The position numbers were made by a program, and so were the translations under genes. From contig OZ024743.1 of NCBI GenBank assembly GCA_964016885.1, forward strand, positions 352,656,001 through 352,720,000: a DNA stretch of 64,000 bases, given 5' to 3'. This stretch comes from Eledone cirrhosa (taxonomy: Eukaryota). The notes under the pieces were generated by a model. That model made no database searches. It was not told where the DNA came from and saw only the letters and a program-made list of their open reading frames with translations. Of the stretch, positions 13,809-25,522 are shown piece after piece (positions within the stretch are counted from its first letter, which is position 1; the number at the start of each line of letters is the position of its first letter).

Positions 13809-14590
13809 GAGAGAGAGAGAGAGGAAGAGAGAGAGAGAGAGAGACAGGAGGAGAGAGAGAGAGAGAGAGAGAGAGATGCATCTTGTGTGTGTGTGCGGAC
13901 ATAAATATATATAACATACAGTCACAGTACGTCTTGTGTTAAAGAGAGAAAGAGACGTAAGGTTGAGGAAAGGGGAGAGTTGAACAGTGTGTAAAGAATA
14001 GATAAATAAATAAAAGTTAAAGTTTCTCACTATCTTTCTTTCTCAACCCCTCTCTCCCTTTTTTCTCATACCCTCTCTCTCTTTCTCTCTCACTCATACC
14101 CCTCCTCTCTCTTCCTCTACAGAATGGAGAACACTAAAGAACACGCAGATCTCTCTCCCTCTCTGTCTTCATATATATATATATATGTGTTTGTGTGTGT
14201 GTGAACCAGCATTCGTCGCCATTCTCTCTCTCTCTCTCTATCTGAATATCTTGTACCTCTCTCTGTATAACGGCCTATCTCACTCTCTCTCTCTACATCT
14301 CCCTTTCTCTCTTTAGATGTATATGTATATATATATGTGTGTGTATGTGTATCAATGACGTGTTCATCAGAATGTTGTTATGCAGACAGCCAGACATACA
14401 GACAGATATTATAAGGGCTTGACGGAGATTGATAACACCCCTTTAACAACAGAAAATTGAAAAGTTAGTATCTTTAGACCGCAAGGAATATATAAATGCA
14501 AGTTTGAAGTCAATCGGAGTAGAAATGTGGATTTGTATAGACTTTGCAAAAATGAGGACACACAGACAACATCAGTTTTATATATATAGA
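13340..14590 (-). mobile_element. Helitron-related element with internal (AG)n/(TA)n tracts; left boundary uncertain
   Basis: Reverse complement of 14543-14590 gives TCTATATATATAAAACTGATGTTGTCTGTGTG, matching the 12007 Helitron 5' end. 14382-14418 is the reverse complement of 12316-12352. Confidence 0.6.
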
Positions 14591-14604
14591 TAACTATATA
14601 TATA

Positions 14605-14910
14605 TTGGCCTTGCAATCGAAAAGTTGTGAGTTCAATTCTCAGACCGGGTGATGTGTTGTTTCCTTGAGCAAGACACTTTATTTCACATTGCTCTATTTT
14701 ACTCAGCTGTAGAAATGAGATGATAGGACTGGAGTCCCTATCATTCCACTGCAAAGTGATCGTGGAGGTGCCACGGCAAAAAAGCACCCAGCCCACACTG
14801 TAAAATGAGGTTGGTGTTAGGAAGGGCATCCAGCTGTAGAAATCAAGCCAAAATCAGTTCCCGTCCCACCCTTGCAAGCAGGGAAAAGCGGACTAAAAAT
14901 GATGATGATA
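14605..14910 (+). mobile_element. SINE family B (tRNA-like head, CCTTGAGCAAGACACTT core, RTE-derived tail ending (GAT)n)
   Basis: B-box GAGTTCAATTC; tail GGTTGGTGTTAGGAAGGGCATCCAGC shared with the RTE 3' UTR at 28740-28890; near-identical copies at 39514 and 59752. Confidence 0.85.
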
Positions 14911-15944
14911 TACATATATATACATACATGTATACACATATACAAACACACGCACGCACATACACTCAGATTTAGTGAGATAGACAGGAAATACAAATTC
15001 CATTAAAATGATGTGTGTAGAAATGTGGTTTTATGTTCATTTATCATTCTTCTAGTTCAAAGTTCAGTGAAGTAAAAAATAAAATAAAATACTTTTCTGG
15101 GAAGTCGGAGGACAAAAGAGATTAGTTTGCAACACACCATTAATAAAGAATAAAAATGGCAACCTTACAAACCATTCTAGGTTGTAAATTCAGAAACACA
15201 GTCCATTTCCTACATACTACCAAGAGCGCAGTTAGAATTACAATCCATATCCTATGCAGTACCAATAGTACAGTTAGAGTTACAGCCTAGTTCTTTTGGA
15301 GGGGATTGGGGTAGAAACAACTTTCCAGACAAACTACACTCCAGCATCAGGTCACTATGAATGTCAGAGGAAAAAACCTTTTATATTTGCAAACATAACA
15401 ATCTGTATGCCACAGACATACAATCCATCAAATAACTTGAATAACTTTTAACTGAAACATCTAAAAATGTAAAAAGCCAACATGTACAATAGAGTCAATA
15501 AAGAAGTACAGTGATTAGTAACAAATTTACAGATATAAGGAAACACAGAATACCTAGTAATGTTACAACCATTTGTAACATCGAAAAAAGCACAAAAAAA
15601 TATCTTAAGTACAGACTGATCAATCCAATAAAGAGTGAAATAGATGTAGTGAGCTGAAACAAAATCATAGAAGTTAACTTCAAAGTTAGCTAAATGGCAA
15701 GATTAATACAATGAAATAATAGTACCTCCATCATTGACTGGTACAATGAAAATAACAAAAACTCAGATAAATTCATATAATTCAACATAAGAAAATCTTA
15801 AGTGTTGACTGGAAAATATTTCCTAATAAAAGCGATAGACTTTACAAAAGTATTCATTATTATTAACAACCAAACAATAAGCCTAATAATGCACTTGAGA
15901 AAGTCCCTTCTATTTTATGATGGAATTTTACCTTCCATAAAGAA

Positions 15945-16110
15945 AATGGACATGTGGTTAGAATGTCTCAGGAAAGAATCACTGGACAGATTTTACGGGC
16001 AAAACCAACCAGCACATCCATGAGCTTGGCTGGTTGCGCTTGGAGATCCAGCCGGATCATTTGGAGTCAGTTCCTTCTGGATGGAGTGTTTTGAGGACTC
16101 TATCCTCATG
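15945..16110 (+). mobile_element. RTE 3' fragment followed by (AAAG)n at 16131-16226
   Basis: CATGTGGTTAGAATGTCTCAGGAAAGAATC matches the family at 5.3 kb. Confidence 0.75.
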
Positions 16111-16131
16111 GAAGGAGGAGGAGGGGGAGGA

Positions 16132-16224
<93 letters not shown>

Positions 16225-16554
16225 AAACGAACAGCTTTACAATGTAAGTATATGGAACAAAGCTAAAGAGCAAACATGCAAATTAATAAAACTACTAACT
16301 GTACTAAAACACATTAAACAACATATCCACTAATCTCTCAAAATTTGAATAGACATGAACTAGACACATTTAAGTAAAAACAAATTATAAGTAAAATTTA
16401 AGTAAAAACAAATTATTTTAAGGAGTTGAAATTCAAAATAACTATCCAAACCAAATCACCCATAGTAAACTTTCCAGACATAATATTTACTCTAACTACA
16501 GGAAAATACTATGCTGACAAAAAATAAAATTTTTTTTTAAAAATAATAATAAAT

Positions 16555-17048
16555 ATTTCTACTTTAGGCACAAGGCCATCAATTTGAAGGGGACGAGAAA
16601 GTCAATTAAATCGACCCCAGTGCATTACTGGTGCTTTAGAGATATCAAAGTAATAATTGTTTCTACTTTTGACACAAGGCCAGCAATTACCCAGTACATT
16701 ACTGGTACTTTATTTTATCGACCCCCGTAAGGATGAAAGACAAAGTTAACCTCGACGGGATTTGAACTCAGACCGTAAAGGGACGTAACTATGCTGGAAA
16801 GCATGGCGTCCGACTCTCTACTGATACTGCCATGATTTCTAGTATAGGCACAAGGCCAGTAATTTGGGGGAAGGGAAAGTCGATTAAATCGACCCCAGTA
16901 CTTACTGATGCTTTATTTTATCGACCCCGTAAGGATGAAAGGCTAAGCTAACCTTGGCAGGATTTGAACTCAGAACGTAAAGAGCCGTAACTCTAAGATG
17001 CAAAGCATATTGTCCAACGCTCTACTGATACTGCCAATTCACTGCTCT
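16555..17048 (-). mobile_element. Cluster of SINE family A copies (one partial, two near-full)
   Basis: Minus strand has A-box TGGCAGTATC.GTAGAG and B-box GAGTTCAAATCC, then CTTT(G/C)ATCCTTACGGGG..TCGATAAAATAAAG. Confidence 0.85.
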
Positions 17049-18402
17049 TAATAATAATGATAAACTGCTGTTATAAACATGCAAACATTCCAAAAGCATA
17101 TCTTCAATAATAAAGAATCCAGTCAGTTATATAATCCACATTACCCATCACCCACTGAGAAAGTAATATTCACCCAAACAGTTACATTTTACAAAGAAAC
17201 TTAAAAAATATGTGAAGACAAAGGAAAATTAGAATCATTACCAAATGTGGCACAAATGAACTAAAAACCAATACAAAACCTAAAAAAGAAATATCCTCTT
17301 GTTGAATCCATCCTCCAGCTTAAGTACAGTGACATATATGGCAAAAACAACTTCCTAACATTCCTTAACCAAACATAGATACAATACACTTTTAGCAGGA
17401 GCACAAGTTAGCTTCAGTTGCCTAAGAAACCAAAATCATCCTATCCAAGCTAAACCAATAACAAAATATCTAGAAACACAGCCAATATCCCAAAACAGAT
17501 GCAACTGCATTGAATTGAAACTATGCTCATTAGATAAGAAGTAATCTCCAAGACAATAAACAGTAAGAAAGAAAATCCCTAAATAACTGTCTCAGATAAA
17601 CAAACACTACATTTAAAACCAGATGTACATAATGTGCACTCATTCTGCAATACATACTAAAAAACACGTCTGTTTATGCACATTTGGGACCTAACTGAGT
17701 AAAAGATAAATACAATTATAAACTGAGCAATAACAAACAGTGCAAGATGTTATGTAAATGGTTCTGGAACATGCCCCCACCCCAGAGCAATACAGTAAAA
17801 TACAACATAATTATGCCATAAAAATGCTTACTCAACTGAAGTAATGAGATGGCGTCACATTATAGACACCAGAATTCAATTTTTAAACCGGTCTGAATTG
17901 CAAACATGGTAAATACCGTGAAATGACAACAGAGGCATGGAGTTGTTGGCCTGAACAGAACTACAATTTATAATAACCAGAAAAAACAAAATGACCAATC
18001 AAATTAACTAATGAAAGAGAATGTTAATTTAGAGATATTGAATACAAACAAACAGAACATAAAATTTAGCGACACATGCATACATATATTTAGTGATACA
18101 CACACACACACACACACACACACATCAATTAAACTATTTAGTGAAACAGGATACAATAATAATTTCTTTATTGACCACAATCAATGGACAACTGATGAAT
18201 TGCCAATAAGAAGTGACAACAGAACAATTAAAAAATTAAAAGAAATATTAGTCTTACAAGACATTTAGAAACTAGTCACTTAAAACAATAGCTATATACA
18301 GAACAAGTGTGCTTCAATGTATATATAAATAACTATTCGGAAATACCAAAAAAAGCAGTCACACAAAGGCTCATAGCAATAATTCACTTAACCGCCACTC
18401 AC

Positions 18403-18575
18403 CCACACAGTGGCAGACCTGAAAGGTTTTAATTGACAAACTGATATGTGTTTATACCACTGGACAGTTCCATGCTTGTTCAAGGCTAGCAAGACAAAGG
18501 GTAGAAAGAGAAAAGAAAGAGGAAGCCAATAAGGAGTCAGCCGGTAGGAGAGGTGGGGGTGTTTTACATTCAGAC
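18403..18575 (-). other. Candidate exon (unverified)
   Basis: cag|GTCTG acceptor, GTGAGT donor at 18402-18397, open frame (LNVKHPHLSYRLTPYWLPLSFLFLPFVLLALNK...); no recognisable homology. Confidence 0.2.
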
Positions 18576-19329
18576 CTGAATTCCAATGAGTTGAGTTGAA
18601 AGCTTGAAAATGAGACAGGAAACCAAAAATAAAATATACAAAATGATTTCACTCTCCTACTTCTATAGCAAATGAAAATTAGAAAAGTTTAGAAAATGAG
18701 AGAAAAATAATTGCAAGTAAAAAAGTAGACAGCTTTAGATGGCCTGGTAACCAAGAAAAAGACACTGAGAATTAATAGTGAAAACGCCTTCTCTATTCTG
18801 TCCGCCAGGGCTGTAAGGTGGCCAACACATGGGCCCCCATTTGCTTAAAATAGTGAGAAATAGGGAGAGCAGGAGAGACGGAGGCAGTGACAGTAGGAGT
18901 TTGGTTTCTTTGTGTTCAGACCTGGTGTATATGTATATATCTATTTACCACATTTGCATATACACAACCAACTTATAATTCCAGTCAGTCAAAACACTTG
19001 TGGTGAAAATTTTCAAATATTTTTACATATTATATATATTATACATATGTGTGTATATATAATGTGACAGCCAGCCACATTACTTGCTGTTTAAAATGAA
19101 ATACAAAGTATCTTTGCCTGAAAAACCTACATTTGTAAATGAAAAGGAACTTAACATAACTGTATGTAAAGGGAAAAGTGGGGTCAAATGGTGCAGAAAT
19201 TATACATCATGTGGGAAGTTATGAATGACCATACACAGTAAACAACCAATCTCATACTTTTTCAACACCTCTGGTGAGTATTTTAATCATAGATACTGTT
19301 TAGTCTTTAGATCAGACAAACATATCCCA

Positions 19330-19745
19330 CTTTGGTTTTTAGACATGGTGTATCTAGAAAGAATATGATCACAAATAAAGAGGCCAAAATGGGATTCCTC
19401 CGAAGGGTCTTTGGAGTAACATTACTCAATAAAGTGCGTAACTCAGAGATCAGAGTCACTCCAGGTAGACCCGCTACTTCTTCGAATTGAGAGATCACAG
19501 CCCCAATACTATGGGCATGTGGTTAGAATGTCTCAGGAAAGAATCACTGGACAGATTTTATGGGCAAAACCAACAGGCAAGAGACCCAGAGGTAGACTCC
19601 TAGCAAGATGGTTGGATAAAATCCATGAACTTGGGGATCCAGCTGGATTAGTTGGAGACAGTTGCTTCTGATGGGACCCGCTGAAAGGAGCGTTTGAAGA
19701 CTCTTCGCCCATGATCCTTTCAGGAATATATGGGCAAAGAAGAAG
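19330..19745 (+). mobile_element. RTE 3' fragment
   Basis: Reverse-complement homology to 5190-5500 (GHVVRMSQER..GKRPRGR). Confidence 0.8.
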
Positions 19746-21526
19746 TGTCTCTAGAACTACATATATTATCCAATGTGGTTTTAGTTATATTAAAAACATA
19801 GGATGTGATTTGAGATAACTTTAGCTGCTATTTCTAACAGCTTGAATAACCAATGCAAGAGTGCTTTCAATTGCTCATGAAGTTAATATAAAAATATCTT
19901 GTATACTATGCATAGTTGTTGCTGTTATATAGCCCACATCTGTCTTGTCGTATGTAAGTAGTCTGTTGAATGACTAGGTGCACTCACCCATCAAGTTTGA
20001 GAATCATGCTTTATATTTTGACATGCAATGATTGATTGTATGTAGTACAGTGTTGCAGTCTAGGCCCGCCGTACTCTTTCCACTGTCCAATCAGTTTCTG
20101 TATATTTATTATCATTTATTATTATCGGGTTGGTTTTGATAAAGCAGACCTATTCTGTATTTTTGCAAATATAGAACTTTATTGTACAATGCACCCATCT
20201 GTTTTAAGAATATAGAGTGTGATTTGAGAAAATTTGACTGCTATTTCTAATAGGTCAAATAACCATGTAGAGGTTCTCTGTGTAGACTCTACTGGTAACC
20301 ACAATAAGAAAAGCAAGTCAAGTGAACTCATTCCAAGCATGACAGCTGCAGTTCCCTAACACAGCTTGGGCAGGTGTGCTACAAAGCTTGGGAAGGTGCA
20401 GTACACAGTTTGTAAGCTCAAAAAAGTATGAAATATTTAAATATTAATTTCTTACATAAGTACAAGGTTGGTACTTATTTTATCGACCCTGGAAGTATGA
20501 AAAGCAAAGTCAACTGCCATAGGATCAGAATGTAAAATGTCCATAACTAAATGCCATCAGGTATTTTGTCTGATACTCTAATAATTCTGCCAGTCCATCT
20601 CCCTAGGGAGTATTTAAATATTGTAGCAAAGTTATGTGACACAGAAATGACACAATTTTTTTTTTTTTTTTTTTTTTTGGTATATTAATCTGCACACTTG
20701 TTTTGCCATCAGTTATCCAACCAACCATAGTTTGGCCTAGCACTTCTGTAACTTTACCAAATAACATGTGTTTTATGTTAATACTCTAATAGTACAGAAC
20801 CAGTTACTTTCCTTTTAAATGATATACTGACAACACAAATCTAAAATATACAGAATTCAGTATGTAACAGGCTCTATTTGGAAAAAAAAACTAATAGACA
20901 ATTTGTAGCAATTTACAAAGCATTATTCCCATCATTTCCCCCTAATTAACTCTCCGAATGCCGGAGGTTATAGTTTCTCAACGACAATGCAATAGCTGTT
21001 ACAATGTATAAGAAGCAATCACCTGAGCATGGCTTTTCATTCAGAAATAGAATTCTAATTAAAAATGAATGAAAGATTTCATGTGGTTTGATAGCATTCA
21101 GCCAAAAATGTCCTTGTGACTGGCAATCACAATGAAGCTCAAAACATGTATATAATAGAGAAAAAAACAATGAAGATACACCACATACAAATATGTAGTT
21201 TCACAAAAATCAACAAAGAAACAATAACTGAAATTTCATTTAAGTAATCTAGATAATATCAACATTTAAAGCATTCACTTTTTATTTCAAATGTTTTTTT
21301 ATAAGACATAGGATTATATTAGCCAATGTGATTTTTTAAAAAAGGACAGTAAGGAGACTTGGCTGATAATATCTACCAAGTTTAGTGACTATATAGAGCA
21401 GAGGTTCTTAAAGTTGGTCCTACCGCCACCCCAAGGGGCGTTGAGAAGGACCAGGGGCTGCTGGAGCTTAAGGGGGCAGTAGAGATGATATAATAGTATA
21501 TTAAATATCAAATTATACATATTATC

Positions 21527-21645
21527 TAAGGTGGGTAAAATTCCTGAGATCCATGGATGAGTTCTCTTTAACAGTCTGTGTTCTTCATCACCGTCGCCAT
21601 GTCCTGCGTCTCCCAGAGACCAGTGTCTGTCCTTAGAACATCATT
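21527..21645 (-). mobile_element. RTE 3'-end fragment
   Basis: Reverse complement of about 3192-3310. Confidence 0.8.
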
Positions 21646-21679
21646 ATATGTCATACTATACTTATATATAAATATTATA

Positions 21680-23290
21680 TAGGAATGAGAACAAACTCAG
21701 CTGGTGGATTTCCAGCAATCCTAAAAACATGCAAGCGTGCCTTAGCAAGACCACTGAAGATCCTCTTCAGAAGTTCTTTGGCAAGCGGTAAACTAGCCAG
21801 AGATAAAAGAAGGCACAATATGCCCTATCCATAAAGGAGGAAGCAGAGCAGAGCGGAGGCTAAAAATTACAGACCAGTCTCCCTGACGCCACATATCAGT
21901 AAGATCATGGAATGAATCATCAGAAAGAAACTGATCACGTTCTTCGAGGAAAATGACTGCCTAACTAGCACGCGCATGGCTTTTGCCCAGGAAGAAGCTG
22001 CCTTACACAGCTGTTACAATACTATGACTGGGTACTGAAATAACAGCTAAACAACTGACATAAAGATGTGACATAGTTTGGCTTTGCGAAGGCCTTTGAC
22101 AAGGTCGACCATGGAATGATATATCACAAACTACACAGACTCGGCATAACTGGAAAAGTAGGTGAGTGTCTGCATGATTTCTTAAAAGACAGAAGTCAGA
22201 CAGTTGCAGCCAATGAGGCCTTCTCAAAGGAAACATCAATAACAAGCGGGGTGTCCCAGGGCACAGTCTTGGGACCACTACTATTTTTGGTGGCTCTCTC
22301 AGACATGCCCTCTGTAATACATACAACATCCCTCACTAGCTACGCTGATGACACAAAGGTAGCACAGGCAATCAAGAACCCATGCTGATGCTACTCTTTT
22401 ACAAAACCTGGATGCCATATACAAATGGGCTGAGGACAACAACATGCAGTTTAATGCTGGAAAATACAATATCAACCTGCTAACACAATGACAGTACAAC
22501 ACAGCTACACTGGACCAACAGGAATCAAAATCCATGTGTCGAAATCAATACGAGACCTGGGTATAGACATGAGGGCCGATGCATTGTTTTTTTCACACAT
22601 CATGAGAGTGACGACAATGTGTAGACGACTCGCTGGCTGGATCTTGAGGACTTTCCAGACAAGAGACCAAGAGACCATGTTGGTACTATGGAGGACATTT
22701 GTCCTAAGCTGACTGGATGTTTGCTCCCAACTGAAGTCACCCCATAGTATCAAACGAACCACAGAGCTTGAAGCAATCCAACGAAGCTACACCAAGAGGA
22801 TTTCCACAATGAAGATGAGCTACTGGGAGAGACTAAAAGAACTGAAACTCTACTCGTTGGAATGAAGGTGGGTGAGATACACAGTGATATATATATGGAA
22901 GATCCTGGAAGGACTAGCACCAAACTTTAGTATTGAGTACTGGACCAACACCCGAACAGGACGTCACTGTGTGGTGCCAAAGTTCCCGTCTTTCACATCT
23001 AGAATAAGGAGTATATATTGGGGTTCAAAAGCCCTCAACTCTTCAAAAAGCTGCGAAGAAATTTGAGAGATTTGTATGGTATGGACGTGGATGTTTTCAA
23101 GAAACATCTTGACACTCTGCTATCCAGGATCCCAGTTGAGCTCACAGCCAGGAATGAAGGTAACCTAAGGGCAGCATCAACAAACTCCCTCTTACACCAA
23201 TGGCCAGCCAACACAGGCTTGTAGCAACAAGGACGGTGTCCCAGTATGGCCTCAGCCAGAAGGCTGGAACAGGTAAAAGAGTAAAAGAGT
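21680..23290 (+). mobile_element. CR1/L2-group LINE, 5'-truncated, degenerate RT
   Basis: NYRPVSLT, FAKAFDKVDHG, GVSQGTVLGPLLFL, YADDTK, RDLGI, LEAIQR, YWERLK.L motifs; short tandem tail GTAAAAGA; stops and frameshifts. Confidence 0.9.
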
Positions 23291-23619
23291 AGTATATATT
23301 CTATTGTGTATTATATATAAATTAACAGCTTTATTTATTATATATTATTTAGTGTGCATGTAGGCAGGTCCCTCTGGAAATTGGGTTGGAGGGCGCTGAG
23401 GGTATTATGTGGCCATGAGGGGGTCAGTGGCCCAAAAAATTTGAGTACCTCTGATGTAGAGTTTTACCTCATTAAAACAATTATAAAAAGTGCATGACTT
23501 AAAAGAAGTAATATTGAAATCAAGATTGTAAACATCTGTATGGTTTTAAGATTTCTAATAACTATAATCTGCACTTTCCTATAGATATTTCATTGATAAT
23601 AAAAGAACAAATATTATGA

Positions 23620-23870
23620 TTAACCCCTTTAATACCAAACTTCCTTAAATTGTCTCTGGTTCTACGATAAAAAATTGTTTAATTTATGTATTTATTTTTA
23701 TCTAAAAACCTTCTGCCATAATTTTATGTTAGAACCTATGTTAAATTATATTCTAAGCACTAGCTTGATAAAGAGAAAAGTAGTTATGTTAATAAATCCT
23801 TCCAAATTCTTGATCATTTGCAAATTATTCACACTGTTTTTCTAAGAAATATGGTTAACAAACGGTTTAA
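23620..23870. mobile_element. TTAA-flanked MITE (second piggyBac-like family; related copy about 37232-37469)
   Basis: TTAACCCCTTTAATACCA ... ATATGGTTAACAAACGGTTTAA; internal match TATCTAAAAA.CT..C..CATAATTTTATG with the 37.3 kb copy. Confidence 0.5.
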
Positions 23871-24139
23871 CTGCCCACTCCCAGAGCACAACTTCGGCTG
23901 CTGAACACTAAAATGTAGTTAACTTATTAATGGCAAAATATAAGGAAATGGTTATATTCAGTGAAGTGGGCTTTCTTGTAGAGGTCCAGCCTACCAAATC
24001 CACTCTCCAAGTATTGATCAAGCCTAAAGGTGTAGGAAGTAGAAGCCACCACCCAAGGTACTGCACAGGGTGATTGAACCCAAAGCAACTTGGTTAAAAG
24101 TGAATTCCAGAATCACGCAGTCATAATTGCACATATATG

Positions 24140-24480
24140 CATGAGTGTACACATAAGCGGCACTCCATCGGTTAGGATGAATGTTCCAGTCGATCTGGTC
24201 AATGGAACAGCCTGCATGTGAAATTAACGTGCACGTAGCTGAACATTCTACAGACATGCGTATCTTTAACATAGTTTTCAGGGAGATTCAGCTTGACATC
24301 GAACGTGACAAGGCTAGCCCTCCGAATTACAGGTACAACTCTCTTTTGCCAGGTGAGTGGACTGGAGCAACGTGAAATAGAGTGTTTTGCTCAAGGACAC
24401 AAGGTCCCGCTGGGAATCGAACCCACGACCTTAAGATTGAGAGCCAAATACCCTAACCACAAAGCCACACGCCTTCACAC
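24140..24480 (-). mobile_element. tRNA-derived SINE
   Basis: Minus strand A-box TGGCTTTGTGG, B-box GGTTCGATTCCC, then GTGTCCTTGAGCAAAACACT core. Confidence 0.8.
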
Positions 24481-25522
24481 ATATACACATACACACACAT
24501 ATACATACACATGCATGACCATAATCATACATGCACATGTGTGAGCATCTTCTCACACACAGACACATTCTTGAACTGCAGTTGTTTGTCAAGTGATTTG
24601 CTATCTGAGATAATGTGATAAGTATAATCAACACTGCTTGTAGTCCATTGTATCCATTAAAAGACACACACGCACACATTGTTATACAGACTTTTACTTT
24701 ATTGTTTGTTGGACTTGCGTCATTTCCGATGAGTGCTCCAGTTGATTCAATCAACTGCCTTAGCGTGAAATGAATGTAAAAATAACTAAGCATTCATTCC
24801 ATAGAGACCCATAATGTAGTTTCAGGAAGTTTCAGCATCAGACAATGACCGGCCCCAAGTATAACTGATATTTGCCAACTGAGTCGATTGAAGCAATGTG
24901 AAATAAAGTGTCTTGTTGTAGAACAAAATGTACCACCTGGTTCAGGAATTGAACACATAACCTAAATCACGTGATTAAACACAACCAATAGAAAAATGCT
25001 ACAAACTTTTGTTACAACCCAATATATATATCATCATTATCATCATCGTCATCATCACCATCATTTAATGTCCATTTTCCATACTAGCATGGATTAGATG
25101 AGCTGTCCTGTTGTGAGACAATCAAAGTAAGACGAATGTGTCTTGCTCATACAGAACTGATTTTGGCTTGGTTTCTATGGCTGGATGCCCTTCTTAACGC
25201 TGCCAACCACATTTACAGTATGTACTGGGTGCTTTTTGGCATGACACCTACATGACCATCTTACAGCGTAGGCTGGGCACTTTTTGCCGTGTCACCAACA
25301 TGGCTATTTTACATCATATATATATATATATGCACACACACACATAGACATGGCTCTTCGCTTTGCAACTGCATGGTTTTAGATTTCACCCTACAGTATG
25401 GCACCTTGTGTGTTTTCTACTATAACCTCAAGTTGACTAATACCTTGTGAGTATAATTTGGTAGACAGGAACTGTGTGTAAAGACCCACCATATGTATAC
25501 ATATGTTTCTGTCTCACAGTTC

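Larger units (their letters stand above)
21399..23453. mobile_element. hAT-like non-autonomous element hosting two nested LINE insertions
   Basis: TIR CAGAGGTTCT/AGTACCTCTG; 8-bp TSD ATATAGAG (21391-21398) and ATGTAGAG (23454-23461). Confidence 0.8.

Noticed and set aside
20946-21170. 74-aa minus-strand ORF in unique sequence
   Set aside because: No recognisable motif or convincing splice pair.
24400-24480. tRNA gene
   Set aside because: A and B boxes belong to a SINE head; no full cloverleaf.
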